The notes below the pieces were generated by a model. It saw nothing but the letters and a program-made list of their open reading frames with translations, was not told where the DNA came from and made no database searches. A program made the position numbers and the translations under genes. From an uncultured Chloroflexota bacterium (GTDB lineage: Bacteria; Chloroflexota; Dormibacteria; Dormibacterales; Dormibacteraceae): a DNA stretch of 64,000 nucleotides. Location: assembly GCA_937921725.1 (NCBI GenBank), contig CAKZUH010000019.1, positions 976 through 64,975 of the forward strand, written 5' to 3'. This document shows, one piece after another, positions 28,265-38,003 of the stretch. Within the stretch, counting starts at the first letter, position 1. Each line of letters begins with the position of its first letter.

Positions 28265-28998
28265 TGGCGGTGAGCGATCGCGACGTTGAAAAAGAAACCT
28301 TGATGAGGAATTCCCCCGAGACGGCCCGCAAGTCGGTTCTGGCGAAGCTCTTTCCACCGTGGACGTGGGCGGTCAGAGGTCCTCTGCTCGCCGCGGCCAT
28401 CGTGGCCGCCGTGGCGGTTGGAGCTCTTACCGCTGTCGTGGTCATTCATCCGTACCTGTCGCTCGACGCGACGGTCGACCGCGACATCCAGGGGACGAAC
28501 TGGGGCCTGCTTGCTCTGACGTTCCCCTTCCTCACGTGGCTGGGCGGACCCGGTGGAATCTACATGCAGATCGTCGTCGTCGCTTTGGTGCTGCTGTTGA
28601 ATCGGCGCGCCTGGACCCTGGCCTTCGCCGCTCTTGCCGGCGGACTCTGGTACGAGGTCGCCGTCCACCTGGTCAACCGACCGCGACCGGTGGCGGGCCA
28701 GATCCTTCGCGTGACCGAGCACCCCGGCGCCACCAGCTTTCCCAGCGGACACCTGATCTTCATCACGATCAGCCTCGCGGTGTTGATGCTGTGCATCGGC
28801 CACAGATTTCTGCCGCGGTGGGCGAGACCGATTGGCTGGGCCGCCGTGGCGGGGATTGTCTTCGCTGTGGGAGTGGACAGGATCTACGGCGGGGCGCACT
28901 GGCCGAGCGACGTCCTCGCTGGAATCCTCATCGCCACAGCGTGGCTGACCTTCGTGGTATCGATCCGATGGATCTCAGATCGGGCGCTTCGCGTCTAA
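28264..28998 (+). CDS. PAP2-family lipid phosphatase (2 of 3)
   Basis: HLVNRPRP / PSGH / DRIYGGAHWPSD. Its ATG overlaps the previous TGA (TGATG). An alternative start is at 28303. Confidence 0.85.
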   Translation: MAVSDRDVEKETLMRNSPETARKSVLAKLFPPWTWAVRGPLLAAAIVAAVAVGALTAVVVIHPYLSLDATVDRDIQGTNWGLLALTFPFLTWLGGPGGIYMQIVVVALVLLLNRRAWTLAFAALAGGLWYEVAVHLVNRPRPVAGQILRVTEHPGATSFPSGHLIFITISLAVLMLCIGHRFLPRWARPIGWAAVAGIVFAVGVDRIYGGAHWPSDVLAGILIATAWLTFVVSIRWISDRALRV

Positions 28999-29013
28999 AC
29001 GAAGCCCAGCGCG

Positions 29014-29718
29014 TCAGCCTCGTTTCTTGAAGAGCCATCCGATCAGCGTTCCGATCCCGATTCCGATGACTCCGCCGACCGCCGCGTCGCTCGGAAAGTG
29101 CACGCCGAGGTGGACCCTGGACACACCGACGCCTGTGGCCACTGTGTACGCGACCGGAGCAGCCTTCGGGTAGAAGATCGCGAGGGCTGTCGCGGCCGCG
29201 AACGATGATGCGGTATGGCCGGATGGGAATGAGTGGTCCGGCGGCCGGGTCCCGACCACACGTGCTTCGCGGTTGACGAAGGGACGCACCCGGCGGAACA
29301 GCGGCTTGACCCTTGTCTGGACGACGTATGTCGCCGTCAGCGATGCCAGTGCCGTGGCCAAACCAGCGCGACGCCCCTTCGGGCCGCCGAGGATCGCGAG
29401 GGCCACTCCCCCCGCCACCCACCCCAGACCCTCGCCCAGGTCCGACAGGACGCTGACGTAGCGGTCGCTGGTCGTCGAGTGAGGGAGGTCGTTGATCAAC
29501 GTGAACAGGCGACGGTCGATCCCGGCCGGAGCGGGCGGCGCGACGACCACCGCAACCTCACCAGCGTCCACCTGGACCGCCACCGGACCGGCCTCGATGA
29601 CGGTCTTCGCGGCGTTCTTCGCGGGGTTCGTCGCGGGGTTCTTCGCGGCGTTCTTCGCGGCGTTCTTCGCGGGGTGCAGGTCGGCGGCCTTTGGCTTGGT
29701 GGGGGGCTTTTTTGTCAT
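29014..29718 (-). CDS. PAP2-family lipid phosphatase (3 of 3) with AKNx repeat N-terminus
   Basis: KPLFRRVRP / PSGH / SRVHLGVHFPSD. ATG 29718 (MTKKPPTK) is preferred over the longer ORF. Confidence 0.85.
   Translation of the reverse strand: MTKKPPTKPKAADLHPAKNAAKNAAKNPATNPAKNAAKTVIEAGPVAVQVDAGEVAVVVAPPAPAGIDRRLFTLINDLPHSTTSDRYVSVLSDLGEGLGWVAGGVALAILGGPKGRRAGLATALASLTATYVVQTRVKPLFRRVRPFVNREARVVGTRPPDHSFPSGHTASSFAAATALAIFYPKAAPVAYTVATGVGVSRVHLGVHFPSDAAVGGVIGIGIGTLIGWLFKKRG
29605..29676 (-). repeat. 6 x 12-bp in-frame tandem repeat
   Basis: ttcgcggNgttc-like units head to tail. Encodes AKNAAKNAAKNPATNPAKNAAK. Confidence 0.85.
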
Positions 29719-29954
29719 GGGACGGCCTTTCGCTGGTATATCAGACCAGAGAGAGACGTCGGGGCAAGAAAACAAGTGACCCCAACGGATCGCCTCTCAA
29801 GCTCCGGAACCGGCCTTGCGACCAACTCCGTCACCCTTGAACGTGTCCCTCGGGGCCACTCCGAACAGTACGCCGACCTGAGCATCCTGCCTATCCGTCT
29901 TCTCTCAGTAGCCTGGCTACTCGGAAGGAATCGCGCCGGCGCCGGACGAATCGG

Positions 29955-31736
29955 TTATCCGTCCTGCGACATGATCAGGGCGGTGTACGTGCCGATGCCG
30001 ACCTGGATCGAGAACGGCAATCCGTCGTAGGGCATCTCGGCAGCCTCGCTGTCCAAGCTGAGGTGGTTGCCGAACGCCGGGTCGTAGCCGGACCAGTCAG
30101 AGTTCAGCCGCACGCGCCAGAGTCCGGAGCGCGGGACCCCGATCGTGTAACTGTCGAAGGCGCGATTTGCGAAATTGAGCAGGACGCACGTTTCGTCGAG
30201 TGGTCCGCCATCGGCCCACCTGCGATAGCCGATCAGCTTGTCGGCGCCGTTGACGTGGTGAATCTGAAGGCCCTGCCCTTGAAGACCCCTCGTGGTTTTC
30301 AGCAAGTTTCGGCGCAGGCGGACGAGATCCCCGTAGAGGTTGAGGATGCCGGAATATCGCGTGGCATTGGACCAGTCGACGGGGAATCCGGAATCGAACC
30401 AGTGCGCCTCGAGGAACTCTTGGCCCTGGAAGATCATCGGGACGCCAGGTGACGTGAAAACGAGCGCGGCGCCGAGAACCGAGCGCTTCTTCGCGTAGAC
30501 GCTGTCTGGCTCAGCGGGGTCGATCTCGGCCGGAACCCGCGTGCCGCCGTTGGCGTCGGCATCGTGAGACTCGGTGAAGACGACTCTGCTGAACGCGTCG
30601 CTGCCGTACCGCCGCTCGAGGGCCTGACATATGGCACCCATGTCTCGGTACTCGTCGAGTGTCTGACGCAGCACGCCCCGGACGGCGCGCACGAAGTCCG
30701 GATCCCATTGGCAGTTGAAGCCGGCTCCGCCCGAGGCGGTGGGTGCGGTGATCTGGATCTCGCCGCGCATGTCCTCAGCGATGCGGATCTTGCCCTGGTG
30801 GCGGCGATCGACCTCGTCGTTGATCGTCTGCAGCAGCAGCCACCCATCCGGCAAGGCCTGGTCACCGTCAGCCGAGCCGTCGACGCTTCTGATCCACGCG
30901 GTCGCGTCGAGGCGCAGGCCATCAGCTCGATAGTCCTCGAGCCAGCTGAGCGCGTTGTCGACCAGGTACTGACGCACCTCGGGGCGGCCGTAGTCGGGCC
31001 GCGAACCCCACGGGGTAACGCCCCGACGGTCCGGATAGAACCAAATGCCACCCGGCGGCGGGATGTTGCCATCGAAGTCCCACAGGTCGTTGTCGACCGT
31101 GCCCATGTGGTTGTAGACGACGTCGATGATCACGCTGATCCCCAGCCGGCGAGCGGAGCGGATGAACCGTTTCAACGCGTCGGGGCCGCCGTAGCTGGTC
31201 TCGACAGCGAACGGATTGGTCGGGTTGTAGCCCCAGGACAGGGTGCCGCTGAATTCGGCGGGCGGCAGCAGCTCGACCGCGTTGATGCCCAGCCTGGCCA
31301 GGTATGGGAGCTTGGCGGCCGCGTCGGCCAACGTGCCGACCTGCTGGCCGAGCAATTCGTTGAACGTTCCGACGTGCATCTCGTATATGACGAGGTCGCT
31401 GATGCTGGGCGGTTGATGATCGGGCGTTCCCCACTCGAACGCAGCCTCGTCGTAGACGACAGATCTCCGATCGTTGTTCATGTCATCGATCTCGCGCGCG
31501 TATGGGTCGACCCTCGGACTCAACACGCCGGCGGTCTCTATCGCGTACTGATAGCGCTCACCCGCACCGACTCCTGGGACTTCGGCATGCCAGATTCCTC
31601 CCGGGAGGCTCGTCATCGGCACAGTCGTCATGGAGGAGCGCAGATCGACACTCACGGCGCCGGCGTTCGGAGCCCAGACGTTGAAAGTCGTACCGCGGTC
31701 CGTGCGCCAGGAGCCCAGTCGCGGAGGGGGTCGCAT
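29955..31736 (-). CDS. GH13 alpha-amylase-family enzyme with N-terminal E-set/CBM48 (branching-enzyme-like)
   Basis: FNVWAP...YEMHVGTF...DVVYNH...DGLRLDA...IAEDM...TESHD are GH13 regions I-IV. Exact specificity cannot be determined. Confidence 0.85.
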   Translation of the reverse strand: MRPPPRLGSWRTDRGTTFNVWAPNAGAVSVDLRSSMTTVPMTSLPGGIWHAEVPGVGAGERYQYAIETAGVLSPRVDPYAREIDDMNNDRRSVVYDEAAFEWGTPDHQPPSISDLVIYEMHVGTFNELLGQQVGTLADAAAKLPYLARLGINAVELLPPAEFSGTLSWGYNPTNPFAVETSYGGPDALKRFIRSARRLGISVIIDVVYNHMGTVDNDLWDFDGNIPPPGGIWFYPDRRGVTPWGSRPDYGRPEVRQYLVDNALSWLEDYRADGLRLDATAWIRSVDGSADGDQALPDGWLLLQTINDEVDRRHQGKIRIAEDMRGEIQITAPTASGGAGFNCQWDPDFVRAVRGVLRQTLDEYRDMGAICQALERRYGSDAFSRVVFTESHDADANGGTRVPAEIDPAEPDSVYAKKRSVLGAALVFTSPGVPMIFQGQEFLEAHWFDSGFPVDWSNATRYSGILNLYGDLVRLRRNLLKTTRGLQGQGLQIHHVNGADKLIGYRRWADGGPLDETCVLLNFANRAFDSYTIGVPRSGLWRVRLNSDWSGYDPAFGNHLSLDSEAAEMPYDGLPFSIQVGIGTYTALIMSQDG

Positions 31737-32004
31737 GCCGCCCCAGCTTAGGATCGTGGGTGGGCGACGGGGTCAAAAATTGTTGCTGCGTCTGTTATGA
31801 GCGCTAAACGACCCTTTGTCGAATGCGGGCAACCCTGCGTCTTGCGCTGCGGTGGCATTTGTGGAGACCGCGAACGCGATTGCGCTTGATCCGACTGCAG
31901 CTTCGATGGAACCGCGACCTGGTTCCGAGTAGTGAACCGTGAGCTTGGGTGTGATCTTCTTGCTCCTTGCCTTTGTCGCTTTCGCAATGCGGCGATCGGC
32001 AGGA

Positions 32005-33246
32005 CTACGGCAACTCCAGATCTGCCTCTCCGTTCGCTAGGAGCTTGGGCGAGGGACGCGCCCCTTTTGCGATCAGCCGACCCGCCTTCGCGAGCTCGCC
32101 GTCTTTGTCCAGCTCGGGATCGCCACCGCGGTTGAGCCCGACCGCCGCCCTCAGCTTTCCGGCCGACAGGTAGAAGCCCACGAAATTGCGCTCGGTGAGA
32201 GATCCCCTTATCACGAAGCGATCCCACTTGCGCGCATGACCGATGTATTCGAGCTTGTGCTCGAATTGATCGCTCCAGAAACTGTGGATGTAGCGGTATG
32301 CGGCCCGTGAGCCGAGCATCGATCTAGCGGCTGCCGCCCCCTGCTTTTCGGCGTTGTTGTAGTGCTCCACCCTCACGCGCCCGAAGACGGGATGAAGGTG
32401 ATTGGCTACGTCACCCGCGGCAAAGATGCCAGCGACGTTGGTGCGGCAGGATTCATCGACCAGGATTCCGTCCCTGGCTGCAACCCCGGACCCCTTGACG
32501 AGCTCGACATTGGGCTCGATCCCGATCGCCACGACAACGAGGTCGCACGCAATGCGCCGGCCCCTTTTCGTCACGGCTCGCTCGACTCGCGACGTCCCTT
32601 GGAATCGGACCACTTCGTCCTCAGGCACCAGCTCGATCCCGGCGTCGCGGTGTATCGCGCCGAACACGGCACCCACCTCGGGCCCCAAGACTGCATCGAG
32701 CGGTGCCTTACCGCGCATCACCGACGTCACCTTCAACCCGAGCTGGCGCAGCGACGCCGCCACTTCCGAGCCGATGAACCCCGACCCCACCACGACCGCT
32801 CGAGCGCCGGGTTTGGCGACCCGTTTGATCGCGTCGCATTCGGCGATCGTCCGGAGCTGGTGAACACCCGCCAGGTTCGCACCCGGGACGTCGAAACGGC
32901 GGTTTCTGCCACCGGTGGCGAGGAGGAGGCGTGAATAACCGATAGCGTCACCCGACTCCAATCTCACCTTCTTGGCATGAGGGTCGACGCCTGCAACCCT
33001 GGCCGGCAACAGCTCGACCTCATGCGTCCGGTACCAATCGAGCGGTGCGGCCATCCAGCCGGAGAGGGCCTCCTCTCCACGCAGGTAACCCTTGGTCAGA
33101 GGGGGCCGTCCAAACGGAAAGCTGGGCTCGTCGCCGAGGATCAACAGCTCGCCGCTGTAGCCCTCCTTGCGCAACGTCTTGGCCGCGGTGCCTCCAGTCA
33201 AACCCCCGCCGACGATCACGATCGGACCGCCTACCGCTCTGGGCAT
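32005..33246 (-). CDS. FAD/NAD(P)-dependent oxidoreductase (ferredoxin-reductase-like)
   Basis: IVIVGGGLTGG and VVVGSGFIGSEVA dinucleotide folds, AAGDVA, and a C-terminal reductase dimerisation region. Confidence 0.88.
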   Translation of the reverse strand: MPRAVGGPIVIVGGGLTGGTAAKTLRKEGYSGELLILGDEPSFPFGRPPLTKGYLRGEEALSGWMAAPLDWYRTHEVELLPARVAGVDPHAKKVRLESGDAIGYSRLLLATGGRNRRFDVPGANLAGVHQLRTIAECDAIKRVAKPGARAVVVGSGFIGSEVAASLRQLGLKVTSVMRGKAPLDAVLGPEVGAVFGAIHRDAGIELVPEDEVVRFQGTSRVERAVTKRGRRIACDLVVVAIGIEPNVELVKGSGVAARDGILVDESCRTNVAGIFAAGDVANHLHPVFGRVRVEHYNNAEKQGAAAARSMLGSRAAYRYIHSFWSDQFEHKLEYIGHARKWDRFVIRGSLTERNFVGFYLSAGKLRAAVGLNRGGDPELDKDGELAKAGRLIAKGARPSPKLLANGEADLELP

Positions 33247-33284
33247 CGCAAAACTAGAGTAAGCCCGATGAGCGAGGAGTCACT

Positions 33285-34712
33285 GTGAGACCAGCATCGT
33301 CACGCGGCTTGTCTGATGCTCTGGTTTGTTTCGGCGCCAGCGGCGACCTCGCACACAAGAAGATCTTTCCGGCGCTGTTCGCGATGGCGAAACGCCGTGC
33401 GCTCAAGTTCCCGGTGATCGGCGTTGCGCGGTCTGACTGGAGCCCGACTCAGTTTCGGAATCGCGTTACGGACAGCATTGAGAAGAGCGGCTCGGGCGTG
33501 GACGACCGCCGTGCCCTAAACGTCTTGTTGTCCTCGCTGTCGTATGTGTCTGGGGACTACGGGTCCGAGTCGACATTCACCGCTCTGAAAGAGGCCTTGG
33601 GCGGGAGGCGGCGGCCGGCACATTACCTGGCGATCCCCCCAGCCCTTTTCGGGTTGGTGATCAAGAGCCTCGGCACCGCGGGTCTCGCGCACGGTGGTCG
33701 GGTCATAGTCGAGAAACCGTTTGGACTGGACCTTGACTCAGCCCGGCGATTGAACGCGATCGCCAGGTCGGTCTTTGCCGAAGACGCGATATTCCGGATC
33801 GATCACTTCCTGGGCAATGAGGCGGTCGAAAACCTTCTCTACTTCAGGTTCGCCAATTCGTTCCTCGAGCCGATCTGGAATCGCAACCACATATCCAGCG
33901 TCCAGATCACGCTGGCAGAGGCATTTGGCGTCGGCGACCGGGGCGCGCTCTATGACGGCCTTGGATGCTTGCGAGACGTCGTGCAGAACCACATGTTCCA
34001 AATCGTCGCGTTGCTGGCGATGGAAGCGCCGGCCGCCTTCGAGCAGAATGCCCTGCGGAGCGCGAAGCTCAAGGTCTTCCAAGCCATTCGGCCGCTGACG
34101 CCCGGGGACTTGGTACGTGGTCAATTCAAGGGATACCGCAGCGTGCCCGGCGTGGCGAAGCGCAGCGATGTCGAGACGTTTTGCGCCGCTCGCCTCCATA
34201 TCGACTCCGCGCGATGGAAAGGAGTGCCCTGGTATCTCCGGTCCGGAAAGCGACTGGCGACCACCGCCGCGGAAGTGCGCGTGGAGCTCAAGCAGCCGCT
34301 GCTCCATATGTTCGCCGGCGTGCCCGAAGTTCCGCCCGACTACATCCGCTTCCGTCTGTCGCCAGGACCCGCCGTAGCTTTCGCTGTTCGCATCAAACGC
34401 AGTGACAAGAAGTTTGCCGGCGAGCAACGCGAGATGTTTCTGCTGGATGAGCAGCCGGAAGAGCCGTCCGCTTACGAGCGGTTGCTGAGTGATGCGATGG
34501 CGGGCGACGGCACGCTCTTCAACGGCGAGGCCGGCGTCGAGGCCGCGTGGGCCGTGGTCGACCCGGTGCTAAAGAACCATCGTCGAGCCTGGCCTTACGC
34601 GCCCGGCAGTTGGGGGCCGAAGCAAGCCGACCGCCTGCTCGTGGCCGGAGACAGCTGGCACCCGCCACAAAAACGCCTCGCGGGGGGAGGCCGCGAGGCG
34701 AGACCGACCTGA
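33285..34712 (+). CDS. zwf: Glucose-6-phosphate dehydrogenase
   Basis: FGASGDLAHKKIFPALF, EKPFG and RIDHFLGNE signature. Confidence 0.93.
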   Translation: MRPASSRGLSDALVCFGASGDLAHKKIFPALFAMAKRRALKFPVIGVARSDWSPTQFRNRVTDSIEKSGSGVDDRRALNVLLSSLSYVSGDYGSESTFTALKEALGGRRRPAHYLAIPPALFGLVIKSLGTAGLAHGGRVIVEKPFGLDLDSARRLNAIARSVFAEDAIFRIDHFLGNEAVENLLYFRFANSFLEPIWNRNHISSVQITLAEAFGVGDRGALYDGLGCLRDVVQNHMFQIVALLAMEAPAAFEQNALRSAKLKVFQAIRPLTPGDLVRGQFKGYRSVPGVAKRSDVETFCAARLHIDSARWKGVPWYLRSGKRLATTAAEVRVELKQPLLHMFAGVPEVPPDYIRFRLSPGPAVAFAVRIKRSDKKFAGEQREMFLLDEQPEEPSAYERLLSDAMAGDGTLFNGEAGVEAAWAVVDPVLKNHRRAWPYAPGSWGPKQADRLLVAGDSWHPPQKRLAGGGREARPT

Positions 34713-34772
34713 GGTGGTCAGGTTCGCCCGGGGCGCGTAACAAAATCCATAACTTTCCCTGAGGCGGGTGTT

Positions 34773-34847
34773 TGGCTGGGGAGGAAGGATTCGAACCTTC
34801 AACCTTCTGATCCAGAGTCAGCTGCGCTACCGTTGCGCCACTCCCCA
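34773..34847 (-). tRNA. tRNA-Gln (anticodon CTG), CCA encoded
   Basis: The reverse complement folds as a cloverleaf. Acceptor TGGGGAG/CTCCCCA, anticodon stem CTGA/TCAG with loop CTCTGGA, T-arm GAAGG-TTCGAAT-CCTTC, and 3' GCCA. Confidence 0.9.
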
Positions 34848-34901
34848 ATCCTCGTCAGGAGCCGGGCGCTCAATTCTAAGGAGGTCCCGATTCGGGGCCG
34901 C

Positions 34902-35279
34902 TTACTCGCGCGTGATGTCGACGTCCGGCTTCTTGCCCGCACCCTCCGAGCGCACGGTCATCCGGATCGAGAACGACTCCGCGTTCCCCATCAGCTTCGC
35001 GTAACCCTGCTCCATGAGCGTTTTCGCTCTGTGGAGATTTATCGCCCAGCCCACTCCAAAGACGCGGTCACTGAACAGGTGGTCCGACTCGGGGTTCCAG
35101 TACGCATCGCGGATCCGCTGCAATGTCGGCGGCCTGAAGTCATATGGGACCACGCCAAGGACCTTTCCCTGCCACGTCCGCTCGGCCGCAGGCTTGGACA
35201 GCTCCGTGGCCACGGCCCCGACCACGAGCGCAAAGGCGGCCAGACGCGCCAGGCGACGGATCCGACGCAAACTACGCAT
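34902..35279 (-). CDS. Hypothetical N-terminally anchored protein (DUF5808-like by recollection)
   Basis: N-terminal TM/signal anchor, then VPYDFRPPT...WNP...FGVGWAINL. The family name comes from memory only. Confidence 0.6.
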   Translation of the reverse strand: MRSLRRIRRLARLAAFALVVGAVATELSKPAAERTWQGKVLGVVPYDFRPPTLQRIRDAYWNPESDHLFSDRVFGVGWAINLHRAKTLMEQGYAKLMGNAESFSIRMTVRSEGAGKKPDVDITRE

Positions 35280-35346
35280 ACTTCAAGTGAAGCGTAGTAC
35301 CAGAGTAACTTTGCACGTTTTCCAGACGTTCATCCAGGCGGGGTAG

Positions 35347-36621
35347 ATGGCCAGAAGGCTTCCTTCGACGACGAGTTTGCTGCGCTGGCTGACGCCAGGT
35401 CTCCAGATCAAGCGTTGGCTCCTTTTGCTGATGGTGGCGGAGCTGGTCCTGGTGCTCGGCGTCGCCTACGCCTTGAAGGAGATCTACCAGGCGGCCCACC
35501 TGCCGTCCGGCTTCTACTACATCACCCTCCAGTTCCTGCCCTACTGGGCCAGGGCGATCATCTTCGGCATCTTCGGTGTCGGCCTGCTGGTCGTCAGCTA
35601 CCTGAAGCTCACGCAGTCGGTCCTCGGACCGTTCCTTCCCGGAAACAGCACCGCGAGCGTGGTCGAGATAATCCACGCCTTCCGCCTGCGCGGTCGGGGC
35701 CCGCGGATCGTCGCCATCGGCGGCGGCACGGGTCTGAGCTCGCTCCTGCGCGGGTTGAAGACCTACACGTCGAACCTCTCTGTCATCGTGACCGTCGCGG
35801 ACGACGGCGGCTCCTCAGGCCGCCTGCGCGACGAGTACCGGATCCTGCCCCCAGGCGATTTCCGCCAATGCCTCGTCGCGCTCGCCGACGCGGAGCCGCT
35901 CATGAAGCAGCTCTTCGACCACCGTTTCAAGGAAGGGTCTCTCGACGGCCACGCCTTCGGAAACCTTTTCATCATGGCGATGGCCGACGTCACCGGCAAC
36001 TTCGAGCAGGCGCTGCGCGAATCGGGCAAGGTGCTCGCGGTCAAGGGCACCATCGTGCCCTCGACACTCCAAGACGTCACGCTGGTGGCTTCGATCAACG
36101 GCAGCACCGTGGAGGGCGAGTCGAAGATCCCGAAGCAGAACGCCCCCATCAGCCACGTGTTCCTCAAGCCGGACGGCGTGCAGGTGAACCCGGAAGCCGC
36201 GCAGGCCATCCTCAATGCCGAGCTGGTCATCGTCGGCCCTGGCTCGCTGTATACGTCGATTCTGCCCAACCTCTTGGTGGAGGGCATGGTGGAAGCGATC
36301 AAGGCGTCGCCCGCGCTCAAGGTGTACATCTGCAATCTCGCCGCGCAGAAGGGAGAGACGGACGGCTACGGGGTGAGCGACTACCTGCGCGTCATTCGCG
36401 AGCACGTCGGCGTCAACCTTTTCGACTTCGTGATGGTCAACTCGAACACCGCCTACGCGCCGACCGGCGGACAGGCCACGGTGATATTCAAGCCCAACGA
36501 CACGACGCAACACCCGGAGGTTCGGTTCATCGCGTCGGACGTGGTAAACGTGCGAATCCCATCGCACCATGACCCCGACAAGCTCGCCCGCGCGATCATG
36601 CGGAAGGTGTGGCAGGCGTAG
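35347..36621 (+). CDS. yvcK: YvcK/CofD-like gluconeogenesis-factor family protein with N-terminal TM extension
   Basis: IVAIGGGTGLSSLLRGLK...VADDGGSSGRLR...LPPGDFRQCLVALA. The first ~90 aa carry two hydrophobic helices. Confidence 0.88.
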   Translation: MARRLPSTTSLLRWLTPGLQIKRWLLLLMVAELVLVLGVAYALKEIYQAAHLPSGFYYITLQFLPYWARAIIFGIFGVGLLVVSYLKLTQSVLGPFLPGNSTASVVEIIHAFRLRGRGPRIVAIGGGTGLSSLLRGLKTYTSNLSVIVTVADDGGSSGRLRDEYRILPPGDFRQCLVALADAEPLMKQLFDHRFKEGSLDGHAFGNLFIMAMADVTGNFEQALRESGKVLAVKGTIVPSTLQDVTLVASINGSTVEGESKIPKQNAPISHVFLKPDGVQVNPEAAQAILNAELVIVGPGSLYTSILPNLLVEGMVEAIKASPALKVYICNLAAQKGETDGYGVSDYLRVIREHVGVNLFDFVMVNSNTAYAPTGGQATVIFKPNDTTQHPEVRFIASDVVNVRIPSHHDPDKLARAIMRKVWQA

Positions 36622-37495
36622 CAGCCGGCCGGCGCCTCGCGCGCCAGCGGACGAATCCTTCGACCAGCGCCGTGGCCACCGCGACATAAACGAAACCCGC
36701 GAGCGCATCCACGACGTAGTGCTCACCGAGATAGATGATGGACAGCAGCACCGCGGCGGTCCACACGATCAATCCGATGGCAAGGGCCCGATACCGGTTC
36801 CACGCATAGACCGCCGCCAGCGCCGGAAACGCGGCATGTAGAGATGGAAACGCGGCGAACTGGTTTGGATTCAGGTGCGTGTACAGCGGAGAGACGAAGT
36901 AGTTCTTGCCCCAGAGCTTGTCGACCGTCTCGTTGAGGATCTTGTGGACCACCATCGGATCTGGCGCCTTTCCCTCCTGGAACTGATACCAAGGCGGCGC
37001 TGACGGCCAGAACAGGTAGGTCACAAACGCAAGGAAGGCCATCAGCAACAGCGCCGCGATGAAGCGGTGGAAGTGCTCCCTGCTGCGCAGCCAGAAGACG
37101 AAGCCGACGAGGATGGGCAGCGGGAAATGCATGAAGTAGAAGAACATCGCGACCACGTCCTGCGGGCTGACCGATTCCACGTGGTAGAAGGCGTGCTGCA
37201 GCGTCAGTGTCGGCAGAGTTCCCGCAAAGACCGCCTGCTCGAGGCCTGACAGATCGTGCGGCGCGAAACCGGTCTTCGAGGCAAAGCCCCGCATCGCCTC
37301 ATAGGCGAAGAAGAGCAGGAGGAAGGGCCCCCAGTCGGCGATGAAGGTCAGCGTGCGTCCCATCGCGATCGCGATCACCAGCAGGAGGAGCACCACCTCC
37401 TCCGGCTCGATCGAGATGCCGCGCCACAGCATCACGCCGAAGATGACCGAGAGATATATGAGGCTGCCGACGAGGAGTGCGCCTGGGCGCCTCAC
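36596..37495 (-). CDS. PAP2_C / inositolphosphotransferase-like membrane protein
   Basis: Multi-TM with FPSLHAAFPALAAVYAW and GEHYVVD motifs. GTG 37495 lies just downstream of the RidA stop. The 3' end overlaps convergent yvcK by 26 nt. Confidence 0.72.
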   Translation of the reverse strand: MRRPGALLVGSLIYLSVIFGVMLWRGISIEPEEVVLLLLVIAIAMGRTLTFIADWGPFLLLFFAYEAMRGFASKTGFAPHDLSGLEQAVFAGTLPTLTLQHAFYHVESVSPQDVVAMFFYFMHFPLPILVGFVFWLRSREHFHRFIAALLLMAFLAFVTYLFWPSAPPWYQFQEGKAPDPMVVHKILNETVDKLWGKNYFVSPLYTHLNPNQFAAFPSLHAAFPALAAVYAWNRYRALAIGLIVWTAAVLLSIIYLGEHYVVDALAGFVYVAVATALVEGFVRWRARRRPAATPATPSA

Positions 37496-37508
37496 CCTTG
37501 GCCCTCGC

Positions 37509-37985
37509 TCAGCCGGTTCGGACAACCGCCACCGCCGCGATCTCAACCGTGCACGAAAACGGAAGAGCGTTGGTGCCGAGCGCCGCACGCGTGTGGCGAC
37601 CCGCCGCGCCCAGCACTTCGACGAACAGGTCGGAGGCGCCGTTCAGCACCTTCGGCTGATCGCCAAATCCATCCGCCGACAGGACGAACCCGATCACCTG
37701 CAGCATCTCATGGACAGCGTCGAGCCCGGCCGCGGCCTCGATCTGAGCCAGCACAGAAAGCCCGCACAACCTGGCGCGTCGCGTCGCCTCCTCCACCGAA
37801 ACCTCGTCAGGACACCGCCCGGTGAGCAGCGTGCCGCCCTCGCGCGCGACCTGGCCCGCCACGTAGAGGAGCGTACGGCCGCCTCCGACGGGGACGGTTC
37901 TGGTCTGCGCGTACGACGCGGCGGGCGCGGGCGCCGGCGGGAGCGTGATGCCCAGCTCGCGCAGCCGGTCGTGCGGAGTGGTCAC
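37509..37985 (-). CDS. RidA/YjgF-family protein
   Basis: LYVAGQVA...ARAALGTNALPFSCTVEI. 158 aa. Confidence 0.85.
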   Translation of the reverse strand: MTTPHDRLRELGITLPPAPAPAASYAQTRTVPVGGGRTLLYVAGQVAREGGTLLTGRCPDEVSVEEATRRARLCGLSVLAQIEAAAGLDAVHEMLQVIGFVLSADGFGDQPKVLNGASDLFVEVLGAAGRHTRAALGTNALPFSCTVEIAAVAVVRTG

Positions 37986-38003
37986 CGGCCGCAGTCTAGC
38001 CGC

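Noticed and set aside
31737-32004. 268-nt lower-GC spacer, and the 159-aa ORF 31748..32227, as a hidden gene or ncRNA.
   Set aside because: The ORF translation is low-complexity Arg/Ser/Gln-rich and overlaps the FAD oxidoreductase 3' end. Only a 6-bp hairpin is present, so the region is most simply a promoter/terminator spacer.
34713-34901. tRNA-Gln as an integration hotspot or genomic island border.
   Set aside because: There is no integrase, no direct repeat of the tRNA 3' end and no compositional shift on either side. The flanking genes are zwf and ordinary membrane proteins.
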